DNA of 64,000 bases from Candidatus Micrarchaeota archaeon (GTDB lineage Archaea > Micrarchaeota > Micrarchaeia > Norongarragalinales > SBBD01). Position 1 is the stretch's first letter, and the number at the start of each line of letters is the position of its first letter. A program made the translations under genes and the position numbers. The stretch spans positions 96,001 through 160,000 of the forward strand of contig JAHJQN010000003.1 in the NCBI GenBank assembly GCA_018819225.1, given 5' to 3'. Below are positions 9,138-18,842 of this stretch, piece after piece. The notes under the pieces were generated by a model. The model searched no databases. It was not told where the DNA came from and saw only the letters and a list, made by a program, of their open reading frames with translations.

Positions 9138-10373
9138 ATGCGCCACCTCCAACAGTATGCCGTTTTTACCGGAAAAGAGGAAATTCAAAAGATCCGGGAA
9201 CAAGGAGCGACCCTCAACGACGCGCACGTCGCGCATTTAAGCTCCACGTTTTACGGAGGGGGCGTCGCGCAACTCCTTTCGACGATGGTGCCGCTGCTCA
9301 ACGAAGCCGGCGTGCGCACCGGATGGCGTATCTTGCGCGGATACCCCGAGTTTTTCACCATAACAAAAAAAATTCATAACGGCCTATACGGAGACCACGA
9401 TATTCGCCTGACGCTATCTGAAAAGCGCACGTACCTTCGCGTCAACGAGCTCAACACCAAGTACATGCACTTGGGAGGACATGACCTGATCATCGTCCAC
9501 GATCCCCAACCGCTCCCGCTCATTCGGTTCAAGAAAGAACTCGCAGCGCCGGATTCCGTGAACAACCAGAAATGGCTTTGGCGTTACCATCTCGACTTCC
9601 GCAAGCACAACCCCCACGTATGGAAATACCTCAAACCGTTTGCCTCGAAATACGACGGCATCATCGTCACGCTCCCGGAATATCAGACGGACGTGCGCAA
9701 GCCCCATCACTTCGAAGCGCCGGCCATCGATCCATTGAACGATAAAAACCGCCCGCTCACGAAAAAACAGGCGCGCCGCATCCTCGAAGGACATGGCGTG
9801 CCCCTGGATAAGCCGTTGATCACGCAAGTCTCCCGCTTTGACCCCTGGAAAGACCCGTTGGGGGTCATCGACGCGTTTAAGCAAGTGAAAAAATACAAGG
9901 ATTGCCGATTGCTCATGCTCGGCGACATGGCGGCCGACGATCCGCAAGGAAAATTCGTTTATGATCAAGTCATCAAGAAAGCGGCGGGCGATCCGGATAT
10001 CCATGCCGTAAACATCGAAAACGATTTGCTGGTGAACGCCGCGCAGAAAATGTCGGACGTCGTCGTACAAAAATCCTTGGCTGAAGGATTCGGTTTGACC
10101 GTGGCCGAAGCGTTATGGAAAGAAACCCCGGTCGTGGCTTCGCGGGTCGGCGGCATCCCGATGCAGGTCGAGCACGGGAAAGGCGGATTGCTCGTGGACA
10201 GTATTGCCGAGTGCGCGGAAAGCATTCGGTATTTGCTGGAACACCCCAAGGAAGCCGAGCGCATGGGAAAAGAAGGAAGAGAACACATTCGAAAGAACTT
10301 CTTGATTACGCGACTCGTGCTCAATGAAATCTCCATCATTCAATCCACTTTAGGGAAAAAATCGGCGCCCTAA
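9138..10373 (+). CDS. treT: TreT-like GT4 trehalose synthase
   Basis: STFYGGGVAQLL, HDPQP, QVSRFDPWKDPLGVI, EGFGLTVAEALWK. Confidence 0.82.
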   Translation: MRHLQQYAVFTGKEEIQKIREQGATLNDAHVAHLSSTFYGGGVAQLLSTMVPLLNEAGVRTGWRILRGYPEFFTITKKIHNGLYGDHDIRLTLSEKRTYLRVNELNTKYMHLGGHDLIIVHDPQPLPLIRFKKELAAPDSVNNQKWLWRYHLDFRKHNPHVWKYLKPFASKYDGIIVTLPEYQTDVRKPHHFEAPAIDPLNDKNRPLTKKQARRILEGHGVPLDKPLITQVSRFDPWKDPLGVIDAFKQVKKYKDCRLLMLGDMAADDPQGKFVYDQVIKKAAGDPDIHAVNIENDLLVNAAQKMSDVVVQKSLAEGFGLTVAEALWKETPVVASRVGGIPMQVEHGKGGLLVDSIAECAESIRYLLEHPKEAERMGKEGREHIRKNFLITRLVLNEISIIQSTLGKKSAP

Positions 10374-10406
10374 ACGTTTTTTAGGGGAACCAATCATTAC
10401 GATTCC

Positions 10407-11897
10407 ATGGAATCGCTTCAGCATTTAGAAGGCGTCATCAAGAACCGGTTGAAAAATCGGCTGCTCGTCATCGCCTCCAATACGGCCCCGTACGTGCACT
10501 TTTTCCAGAAAGATAAGGTGCAGCACCGTATCGGTACCGGAGGAGTCGTGAGTGCCTTAAACGCAGTCCTGGAGGCTTCGGGAGGCACTTGGGTCGCGGC
10601 AAGTCAAGGCGATGCGGACTCCGAGGCCATGGATAAAGACGGATTTATTTCAGTACCACCTAAAAAACCCGCCTATCGATTCCGGCCCTTATTCCTATCG
10701 AAAGGGGACACCAACGGATACTTACACGGCGTATCGAATGCCGCCATCGTTCCATGGGCGCATAACGCGTACGTCCGACCGCGATTCGAGGAGGCGTGGT
10801 GGAAATCGTACGAGAAAGTCAACCGGCAGTTTGCGGATGCGATCATCAAGAGCATCGGGGACCAGGACGGATTCGTGTGGATTCAAGACTATCAATTATC
10901 GCTGTGCAGCCAATACGTGAAAGAAAAACGGCCGGATCTCGTGGTCGCCCAGTTCTGGCACGTGCCCTGGCCGAACGCCGACGTATTCAAGGTGAATCCG
11001 TGGGGGGAACACATATTGAAGGGACTCTTGCACAACGACCTCCTCGGATTTCATGTGCCCCAATACGGTTTCAATTTCGTGGACGCGGTTGATCAAACAT
11101 TGCCCGCCCGCATTGATCGCGAATCCAACACCATTCACTACCAAAAAGGCCAGACGGTCATCCGACACTTTCCGATTAGCATCCACTATCAAGGAATCCA
11201 CCAGGAAGCCAAGAGCATCCGCCCACCCGCGCTGAACCAGATTCGAAAAAATCTGGGGGGAACTTCTCAACGGTTCCTCGTCGGACTGGAGCGCTTCGAC
11301 TACACGAAAGGACTCATTGAAAAATTCCGGGGGTTTGACCGATTCCTGGAAAAAAATCCGGAATACCAAGGAAAAGTCACGCTCGTACAAGTCGCATCGC
11401 CCACGCGGGAAGCCGTAAAGGAATACAGGGATTACGCGGACGACGTGGTGCGCGTCATCGAAGAAATCAATTGGAAATATGAAATGGGTCGGTGGCAGCC
11501 CATCATTTTATTACACGAGTTTGTCAGCCGCCAAATGTTGCTCTCCCTCTATCGATTGGCGGATGCCTGCCTGGTGACCTCTCTGCACGAGGGCATGAAC
11601 CTCGTTGCAAAAGAATACGTGACCAGCAAAACGGATGGAGACGGCGTACTCATTCTCAGCAAGTTTACGGGCGCGGCCAGAGAACTCAAGTCCGCCCTTC
11701 TCATCAACCCCTTTTCCACGCACGAGATATCGGATGCGATCAAGCAAGCCATGGAAATGCCGAAAGCCGAACGCATGGAACGCATGCATCAAATGCAGAC
11801 GTATATCCGCGAACACGACGTCTTTCAATGGGCGGCGGATATGCTGGAAAGCATCAGTCGTTTGGAGAGCTCGTCGCCGATCTCCTCTCAAAAATAA
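10407..11897 (+). CDS. otsA: Trehalose-6-phosphate synthase (GT20)
   Basis: WIQDYQL, FWHVPWP, DLLGFH, ERFDYTKG, EGMNLVAKEY, LSKFTGAA. Confidence 0.9.
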   Translation: MESLQHLEGVIKNRLKNRLLVIASNTAPYVHFFQKDKVQHRIGTGGVVSALNAVLEASGGTWVAASQGDADSEAMDKDGFISVPPKKPAYRFRPLFLSKGDTNGYLHGVSNAAIVPWAHNAYVRPRFEEAWWKSYEKVNRQFADAIIKSIGDQDGFVWIQDYQLSLCSQYVKEKRPDLVVAQFWHVPWPNADVFKVNPWGEHILKGLLHNDLLGFHVPQYGFNFVDAVDQTLPARIDRESNTIHYQKGQTVIRHFPISIHYQGIHQEAKSIRPPALNQIRKNLGGTSQRFLVGLERFDYTKGLIEKFRGFDRFLEKNPEYQGKVTLVQVASPTREAVKEYRDYADDVVRVIEEINWKYEMGRWQPIILLHEFVSRQMLLSLYRLADACLVTSLHEGMNLVAKEYVTSKTDGDGVLILSKFTGAARELKSALLINPFSTHEISDAIKQAMEMPKAERMERMHQMQTYIREHDVFQWAADMLESISRLESSSPISSQK

Positions 11898-12650
11898 TTA
11901 TCGGGCTAACGAATGCAATAATCGATCCACGTCCCGAATTCCGTTTACATAGTATCGAGCGTTCGTGGTTCGGAAGTTCTTCTCGGAAGAGCGGACGAGT
12001 ACCCCGATGCCGTTGCGCTTAACCGCAAGAAAAGCGGGTTCGTCCGTCGAATCGTCTCCAACGTAGATGGGAAACGCGCGTTCGGAAGCGCCGATGCGAC
12101 GCACCGTAACGCCCTTGTCAGGAAGCCCTCTCGGAATCCATTCGAACGACTTCCGTCCAGGCACCTTTTGAAGAGAGGAAGTAAAGGAAAGAGAGTGAAT
12201 GGATTGAATTAAAGCGGCTTGACGCGATAACGCCACGTTGCGGTAGTGGAACACGAGACTGGAAGGCTTTCGTTCGATGAGAGAACCCGGAAAGGAACGC
12301 GCCAACGGCTTCAATACTCGTTCGAGTTGCGATATCATTCGGCGAATGCTTGCATTTTGACGGCTAAAAATCGGATTCCAATGCGCTCCACGCTCCGGGA
12401 TGACGCGAATCCCGCGAATGTGAAACCGTTTGTTCATGAATGAGGCGTCGCGACTCGTTAGAACCCAAACGGAAGCGCCGGAATCACGGAGTTTCATGAG
12501 GGCGCGTTTCATCGATGCGGCCAACCGGGGAGCCGCGGGATTTTTGCGGATGGGCACGAGTACGCCGTCGAAATCCAAGATCACGAGGCGACGACGGCGA
12601 CGCCATTTCTTCCTCAACAACGGAAGAGCAGAAAAAAAAGACGCGGGCAT
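11898..12650 (-). CDS. otsB: Trehalose-6-phosphate phosphatase (HAD IIB)
   Basis: LDFDGVLVPI, HYR, DKG, YVGDDSTDEPAF; convergent with otsA. Confidence 0.85.
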   Translation of the reverse strand: MPASFFSALPLLRKKWRRRRRLVILDFDGVLVPIRKNPAAPRLAASMKRALMKLRDSGASVWVLTSRDASFMNKRFHIRGIRVIPERGAHWNPIFSRQNASIRRMISQLERVLKPLARSFPGSLIERKPSSLVFHYRNVALSRQAALIQSIHSLSFTSSLQKVPGRKSFEWIPRGLPDKGVTVRRIGASERAFPIYVGDDSTDEPAFLAVKRNGIGVLVRSSEKNFRTTNARYYVNGIRDVDRLLHSLAR

Positions 12651-12741
12651 AAACCGACTTACCGCAACCTTATTTATATCGCTATAGCTTCAACGTTTCT
12701 ATTCAGCAAGCCACGTGAATCGCGAGGTGGAAAATTAGAGC

Positions 12742-14037
12742 ATGCAACGCGTATTCTCGCACATTCATTTCACGAAAACAGAATGGATGGTTCTGGGAGT
12801 GCTGGCCGCGTTTATCCTCCTGTTTTTCAAGCCCGTTGTGGCCGGAGACGGATTCGGGTACTACGTGATTCTTGAAGGAGCGGTCCGGTACCAGACCCTG
12901 AACCTGAGCGAACAGCTTCATTACAATGATATTACCTTCGGACCAACGGTTTGGCTGCACCCTATGACCCAAAAGTACGTGTCCCAGTATGCGCCCGGGC
13001 TCCCGCTCTTGAGCGCACCGATCTACGCGTTCTCCCTGGTCCTGGATGATGTGAGCGTCTTTCACCTCAAGGACGCGTTCTTCCTCGAGGAACGCGGAGA
13101 CATTGTGATCCACATGGCGAGCGTACCCTTAACATCGCTAGTCCTGCTGGGACTGGGAATGATCGCGATCTTGAGAATGATGCACCATCTCGGCATGGAA
13201 AAGGAAGGCGCTTTCGCCTTGTTGCTCACATTCTTCGGCTCGCCGATCACACGGTATGCCACGTACGATTTGAGTTACACGCACGTCGCGGAAGCCGGAA
13301 TTTTAGCCTTGGCGCTCTATTACTTCTTCAAGAATGAGGCGTGGAAAACCGGCGCGTTCTTGGGACTAATGACGCTGGTGCGATACACGTCCCTCGCATT
13401 CGCCGTTCCTCTAACCGTCTATTATTTCTGGAAAGGCCGCCGGCAAGAAGCGATGACCATGATCGCATCCATGGTTCCGTTCATCGCATTTGCCATGTTG
13501 TGGTCGTGGGTTCAGTTCGGCAGCCCGCTGGCCACCGGCTATTCGCAAGCCTCGAATCTCGCGGACAACATGGATTGGCCGGTGCACATGCCGCGAGTGC
13601 TTTTTTCCCTGGAAGGGAACCCCCCGGGATTGTTGTGGTGGTCCCCGCTGTTGTTCGCAAGCTTTGCGGGATTGTGGGTATGGAAGGACGATCGCAAGTG
13701 GGTGTTAATGGGGCTCGCCGTCATGCTGCTGCTCGTCACCGGAAGCTTCTTCAAAGGAACCACCGGATTCTCGTTCTCCAACCGCTATTTCGTTTCGTTA
13801 CTACCCGTTTTCGTCGTGGGAAGCGCGGTCATGCTCAAGAATAAGCAAGGTCGATGGATGGGAATGCTAGCGCTCTATGGCCTCGTACTATTTCTGTTGA
13901 CGCTCTCCAACGACTGGGGACACTTTCCGACCATAACGGAAGTCTGGTCGCACTGGTTCACGGAAGGCCACTTGGCAGAATTTCCGCAGGCGATCATAGA
14001 TAAGCTCGGATTCGTAAGATTTTTAACGGGTAAATAG
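12742..14037 (+). CDS. GT-C superfamily membrane glycosyltransferase
   Basis: Polytopic membrane protein; first loop GDGFGYY, then Y.PG, FGSPL.TGY, GLLWWSP, NRYF. Confidence 0.7.
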   Translation: MQRVFSHIHFTKTEWMVLGVLAAFILLFFKPVVAGDGFGYYVILEGAVRYQTLNLSEQLHYNDITFGPTVWLHPMTQKYVSQYAPGLPLLSAPIYAFSLVLDDVSVFHLKDAFFLEERGDIVIHMASVPLTSLVLLGLGMIAILRMMHHLGMEKEGAFALLLTFFGSPITRYATYDLSYTHVAEAGILALALYYFFKNEAWKTGAFLGLMTLVRYTSLAFAVPLTVYYFWKGRRQEAMTMIASMVPFIAFAMLWSWVQFGSPLATGYSQASNLADNMDWPVHMPRVLFSLEGNPPGLLWWSPLLFASFAGLWVWKDDRKWVLMGLAVMLLLVTGSFFKGTTGFSFSNRYFVSLLPVFVVGSAVMLKNKQGRWMGMLALYGLVLFLLTLSNDWGHFPTITEVWSHWFTEGHLAEFPQAIIDKLGFVRFLTGK

Positions 14038-14051
14038 GGTCAAGGAATTCC

Positions 14052-14319
14052 ATGAAAGTGAATCCGGGATGCGGAAACCTGAAATGCGTAGGATACGTGA
14101 ACATGAATCAGTACGAGCAGAAGGCGTGGTTCCGCGCAAGGGAAAAAAAAAGGGTTCCGTTTCGGAGGGAGGCAACGAAAACGGTATTATCCGTTCATCC
14201 TAATCGAGTCGTCATCAATCTTCTCGCGAATTTTTTCCCACGTCCTGCGACCTTTTCTGGTGTCGTACGGTAGGCGGATTCGAGGAAATCGAATTCATGC
14301 CCGAGAATCCGTCAGTCAT
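14052..14319 (+). pseudogene. Decayed class I SAM methyltransferase remnant
   Basis: MKVNPGCG....GYVN resembles the MKLNLGCG..GYVNVD start of type-11 MTases. A C-terminal-like FWC..VGGFEEIEF segment sits in another frame; the core appears deleted. Confidence 0.55.
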
Positions 14320-15438
14320 TCACCGGATTTTCAAGAGGCGGCGCCACGCTTTCAGTAGTTTTAAAGCCGCCTCGTTTCCGAATACCAAATAATACCACTG
14401 TATTTCGTTCCAGTTGGAAGAACAGGCGGCCATTTTCGCGTACTCCTTCTCATGGGAAACCATGTTTTCCTTGAACTCGGAATAGAGCACGCGGTAAAAG
14501 GGCCTCGTGTCCATCAGACAGGAATCCGCATTCCCGACTTTTCCGAAATGGAGGATACCTTTTCTTTGAAGTTGTTTCTGCCGGGCCTCCAGAAACGGGG
14601 AATGGCTTTTCAGGAATCCCAGCGCTTGAATTTCGCTCTTGCGGCCCGGGTAAGGAATGACGAGGAAATCCTGGCACAACACATAGTCCCGGTTCTGCGG
14701 AGAACTGTCCTTGACGATGACCAAACGCTCTCCCATCGTATGCAGCTTGAGCGGAACGCGCTTCAGGTTCCCGTTATCATCGGTCACGTTCACCGACATG
14801 CGGCCCTCTTTGTGAGTCAACGGAAATCCAACCTGCAGCTCAATGTAATGTACGAGGCTGTTATTGTTATTTCCGATGAGCAGGATCTTTCCGCCGCTCT
14901 TCACTAACCGGTCGTACGGCGTGTTTTCTCCAAAACCCGTATCCGACTCGTCATGTCCCCGCAGGAAATCCTTTGCCTGATTTCCCCAAGCTGCAAACGA
15001 ATGCGTGGGATGAAGGCTTCGAGTAACATCCGACCGCTTGCGAAACACTTCCGCCACTGCACCCACGTTCGTCTTCGTTTTACGCACGTCAAACGAAAAA
15101 TTCGAATCCGAATAGCTTTTTGGCGGGCGGTTGAACGTGGGAATCAAGATCGTCCCATTTTTTCCGACGGACTCGATGAGCGCCTCGATGAACGTGTTCG
15201 GCCCTCCTTCCACGAATCCGATGCAGCTCAACGCGGTTTGCACGAGCAGGGTATCCCCGCTCCGCACGCCCATACTCCGGAAATCATGCACGAGCTGCTT
15301 CTTGGACACGATCGCTGGTTGGGAAGACGCTCCCTTCGATTTCTTCCTGGAAATGAATTTCTTCTTGGCAATAAACAGCCCTTTCTTCATCCAGTTCGGC
15401 GTCACCAGTTTCACGGTGCGCGAAATCTTCTTCCTCAT
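14320..15438 (-). CDS. AAC(3)/YokD-family N-acyltransferase
   Basis: GDTLLVQ, GTILIPTF, RSLHPTHSFAAWG, FGENTPY, GGKILLIG, HYIE. Confidence 0.85.
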   Translation of the reverse strand: MRKKISRTVKLVTPNWMKKGLFIAKKKFISRKKSKGASSQPAIVSKKQLVHDFRSMGVRSGDTLLVQTALSCIGFVEGGPNTFIEALIESVGKNGTILIPTFNRPPKSYSDSNFSFDVRKTKTNVGAVAEVFRKRSDVTRSLHPTHSFAAWGNQAKDFLRGHDESDTGFGENTPYDRLVKSGGKILLIGNNNNSLVHYIELQVGFPLTHKEGRMSVNVTDDNGNLKRVPLKLHTMGERLVIVKDSSPQNRDYVLCQDFLVIPYPGRKSEIQALGFLKSHSPFLEARQKQLQRKGILHFGKVGNADSCLMDTRPFYRVLYSEFKENMVSHEKEYAKMAACSSNWNEIQWYYLVFGNEAALKLLKAWRRLLKIR

Positions 15439-16310
15439 CGGTTGACGACCTCCAATGGTACGTCCATATAATTCCCGGAAAAGTGTTTGGCCAGCTCTCC
15501 AGTCGAAACCACCTCCAAACCCTCCTCCTTTACTTTGACCAGAATCCGTTCTAAAACGTTTACCTGCATCGCGCCTTCGAGCAGCCCATGGCCGTACAAT
15601 ACGGCAGGTAGCCCCCGACGATGTTTCTCCATGATTCGTGAAAACACCTGATCCGCTATTTTAGAGTCCGGGATACCGCGCGCCCATGCGTCCTCGATCA
15701 GCGGAACCGTATCCGAGCACATCAAATTGACGGGCACTTGCATGTGTTTGAATCGTTTTCCGTTGATTACGGGATGGAACGGCTTATCTCCTGGAAGATC
15801 CCCGGCGGTCTCGAAACGGAACCGATCCAAACTCTCGAGAACCCTCACGCGGGTACGGAAAGCGGGAGACGCGAAATGCCGGGGCTTTTTTCCGAACAGG
15901 TTCTCAAAACGAGCGATCATGTCCGAAAACTCGAGGTCCACATCCATTTTCGGAAGTGACAACGCCCACTCCTCGTGCTCGATCGCATGGCAACCGAATT
16001 CATGCTCTTTTTCCGCAAGGCGCAGCAACTCCGTACTTTCTTCGGAAAAATTGACGGGAAGAAGCATCCTGCGCGCGAATTCTCCGTAGGAAATCTTGCG
16101 GCGGTGAGGCCTCTCGACGGGCGTGTACCAGGGATCGTAGTTTTTTCGGGAGAAGAACTTGCGGCGCAGCACGTGGGGAAGAAAAGGCTCACGACCCAGC
16201 ACCAGGAAGAAGCTGGCCGTTGAATCCGTTTTCCGGAGCGCCTCCAAAATGCGGGGCAACCCTTCCCGAACCCCGATGCGCGTATCCAAGTCAATCCGGA
16301 GGGAAAACAT
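15435..16310 (-). CDS. ArnD-like deformylase/deacetylase, second paralog
   Basis: LRIDLDT..G.REGLPR.L, HEFGCHAIEH..W; clearly related to 4522..5361; stop overlaps the AAC(3) start. Confidence 0.8.
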   Translation of the reverse strand: MFSLRIDLDTRIGVREGLPRILEALRKTDSTASFFLVLGREPFLPHVLRRKFFSRKNYDPWYTPVERPHRRKISYGEFARRMLLPVNFSEESTELLRLAEKEHEFGCHAIEHEEWALSLPKMDVDLEFSDMIARFENLFGKKPRHFASPAFRTRVRVLESLDRFRFETAGDLPGDKPFHPVINGKRFKHMQVPVNLMCSDTVPLIEDAWARGIPDSKIADQVFSRIMEKHRRGLPAVLYGHGLLEGAMQVNVLERILVKVKEEGLEVVSTGELAKHFSGNYMDVPLEVVNR

Positions 16311-16322
16311 AGGTCCATCCCT

Positions 16323-16631
16323 TCAATGAAGTATGGTCCCGCCAGTCAAGCGAAAGATTTCCTTGTCGCCGCGTTTTCTCGTCCGGTCGTCCTCCATCCG
16401 TCGTTCCAGCGCCGTGCCGAGTTTACTCCATGCGTTCACGAAACCCGTTCGGAACGGAAGACCGATGTTCATCGTTCTGACCGGAATCAGGAGGGGCAAG
16501 AGCACGGGCTCGATGGCTTCCGGAAGCGATAACAAGAACCGGGTCACGCGTCCATCCGTGATCGCATGGCCGAAATGACCGGTCACCGCAAAAGTTTGGT
16601 CCCCGAGAAAATTCTTCATGCTCCTTTTCAC
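16323..16631 (-). other. Short ORF or possible gene remnant, unknown
   Basis: 102-aa ORF filling the gap in a minus-strand cluster; no motif recognised. Confidence 0.25.
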
Positions 16632-16701
16632 AAAACGAAGTGTAACGAATAGCGACGAACGATTTTAGCCTACCCGGCATTTTTAACCATTTGGATACCA
16701 G

Positions 16702-17814
16702 CTACGGAAACACGTCATCGAAGAACTCCAGCCATCTTTTCTGCCAGACCGGCAAAGCAAACCGCTTGACATGGGCTAATGCGCGGCCGCGAACGCGCTG
16801 GCGTAACGCCGAATCCTCCAGCACTGCAGCCAACGTATCCTCAAATGATTGAACAGAAGGCGCGCACAGAAAACCGGTTCGCTCGTGATCAATGAGATCA
16901 GGAATACCGCCCACGCGGCTCGCCACGACAACGCTCCCGCACGCCATGGCCTCCAACGCGCTCAGGGACGTGCCCTCTACGCCGCGACTCGGAATCACCG
17001 TGATGTCCGCCTTCTGATAAAGGCGAGGGAGATCGCGGTAGTGATCCTTGTGACCCCAGTATTTGATGCGCGGATCGCGGGACGCCGCTCTTTCAACAAG
17101 CGGTTGGAGCGGGCCGGTACCCGCAATCCATAATTCCACGTCGTCCCGGTTTAAGCGATGAAAGGCGGAAAGCATGAGATCAATGCCGCGGTTGCGCGTG
17201 AGGTTGCGAGGAAGCAAGATCGTGAGACGGCGGCCGTGCTTGCGCGGTTTAGGATAAAACGTTTTCAAGTCCACGTAATTCGGGATGACGGTCAGGCGAT
17301 CTTTATAGCGCGGCATATGGATGGAGACAAATCGAGGCAGCACCGAATCCACGCTCACCAAGCGCCGGCACGACTTCACCGCATACCGGATGAGATACTG
17401 GAAGAAGGCGTTTCGGGAACGCCATTTCATGTATTGAATGGGATCGAAACCGGAAAAAGGGACGTCCCAGGACACCCCGTGAAACGTCGCCGTGTTCCCC
17501 ATCGACCCCTTGGGATACGCGTGGTTCGCATCATGAAGATGAACGAGATCCGCGGAAGCGGAAACGCCTTTCGGCCATTCGAAATTGAACCAATACCGGC
17601 CCTTGGATGCGACCTGCGTCACGGGAATCCCATCGAATTCGAACGAATCGTTGACACGACCTCCTTGAACGACGGATACCTCGTGGCCTTGTTTCTGCAT
17701 CAGCTTGCAGAGGTCGTGAAGATAGACTTCCCCGCCGCCGATCAACTGGCGTCCCTTCACCGCGAAGGCATCCGCGGTTCCAGCAAAACTGTAGTTCACG
17801 AAGCAAATATTCAT
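16702..17814 (-). CDS. GT4 glycosyltransferase
   Basis: GGGEVY, VIPNYVD, EGTSLSALEAMACG..VVASRVGGIPD. Confidence 0.92.
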   Translation of the reverse strand: MNICFVNYSFAGTADAFAVKGRQLIGGGEVYLHDLCKLMQKQGHEVSVVQGGRVNDSFEFDGIPVTQVASKGRYWFNFEWPKGVSASADLVHLHDANHAYPKGSMGNTATFHGVSWDVPFSGFDPIQYMKWRSRNAFFQYLIRYAVKSCRRLVSVDSVLPRFVSIHMPRYKDRLTVIPNYVDLKTFYPKPRKHGRRLTILLPRNLTRNRGIDLMLSAFHRLNRDDVELWIAGTGPLQPLVERAASRDPRIKYWGHKDHYRDLPRLYQKADITVIPSRGVEGTSLSALEAMACGSVVVASRVGGIPDLIDHERTGFLCAPSVQSFEDTLAAVLEDSALRQRVRGRALAHVKRFALPVWQKRWLEFFDDVFP

Positions 17815-18836
17815 GAGCGCTTCTCCAACTGTTCCAAAACGTCCACGATGCGTTTCCCCGAATCGCCCCGACCATAAATATGCTTTGCTCGCGGCTTGAA
17901 GTTACGGATAAATTCACGGAGATCGAAATCGAATCCCAGCAAGGCGTAACCGTGTTCCACGCTCTCGAAACGCTCCGTCTTCTTCCGGAATATCACGAGC
18001 GGTTTTTGAAGGTACGCGCATTCCTCGGCTAAGCCGCCCGAATCACTGACCACGGCCGTGCACCGCGCCAGCAACGGCAAGAATTTTTCGTACGGCAAGA
18101 CGGAAAGAATACGGCAGTGTTTCGTCACGTCCGAATACAGACCGTACTGAACGAGTTTTTTTTGCGTATTTTTGGAAAGAATGAAGAGGATGCGGAAATG
18201 CCTGGAGAGACTTACGACGTTTTTCACGAGTCGAGTCATGACCGAGGAGCTATTGATATTCTCTTGGCGGTGGATGGAAAAAATCAGGAACCCGTCGTCC
18301 TTCACTTTAAGCCGTCGAGAGCGAATGCTGTCAATTACCGTATTGCCGACCAGGTGCGTCGAGTGCCGCGGGGTGACCGCAGCCGCCCGCTGCGTCGGCG
18401 CGAAATGAACATGGGACAAGCGGTCGGCGATGACGCGACTGATTTCTTCAGGGTACGGTTGAAGAAAATCGTACGTGCGCAGGCCGCTTTCGATATGGCA
18501 TACCGTCGCATTCGAGGCCAGGCGGCCGGCGATCGATCCGACCGTCGTCGACATGGTATCGCCTTGCACGACTACGATGCAATTGCGTACCAGCTTGCGT
18601 ATACGGTGAATATTCTTGGCCACGAACGCCATGCCTTCGAAAGAGGAGTTGAACGTGCCGCTGATGCCCGTAGGCGGCCGTAGTTCCGTAAAATGAGGGA
18701 AACGGAATTCACGCAAATCGTGCTGACCCGTCGAAATCACGCGGCAGGAATGACCCCGTTTCCGAAGTTCGCTGATGACGGGAAGCACTTTAATGGCCTC
18801 TGCCCGAGTGCCTAAAACAAAGACGACGGAGCGCAT
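17811..18836 (-). CDS. wecB: UDP-N-acetylglucosamine 2-epimerase (non-hydrolysing)
   Basis: GTRAEAIK, TGQH, VQGDT, HIESGLR, PEE, GNTVID, HRQEN, DSGG..EE. Confidence 0.92.
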   Translation of the reverse strand: MRSVVFVLGTRAEAIKVLPVISELRKRGHSCRVISTGQHDLREFRFPHFTELRPPTGISGTFNSSFEGMAFVAKNIHRIRKLVRNCIVVVQGDTMSTTVGSIAGRLASNATVCHIESGLRTYDFLQPYPEEISRVIADRLSHVHFAPTQRAAAVTPRHSTHLVGNTVIDSIRSRRLKVKDDGFLIFSIHRQENINSSSVMTRLVKNVVSLSRHFRILFILSKNTQKKLVQYGLYSDVTKHCRILSVLPYEKFLPLLARCTAVVSDSGGLAEECAYLQKPLVIFRKKTERFESVEHGYALLGFDFDLREFIRNFKPRAKHIYGRGDSGKRIVDVLEQLEKRS

Positions 18837-18842
18837 GCCAAC

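Noticed and set aside
14320-15438. Aminoglycoside resistance gene
   Set aside because: Only family-level similarity; the glycan-locus context favours a biosynthetic acyltransferase.
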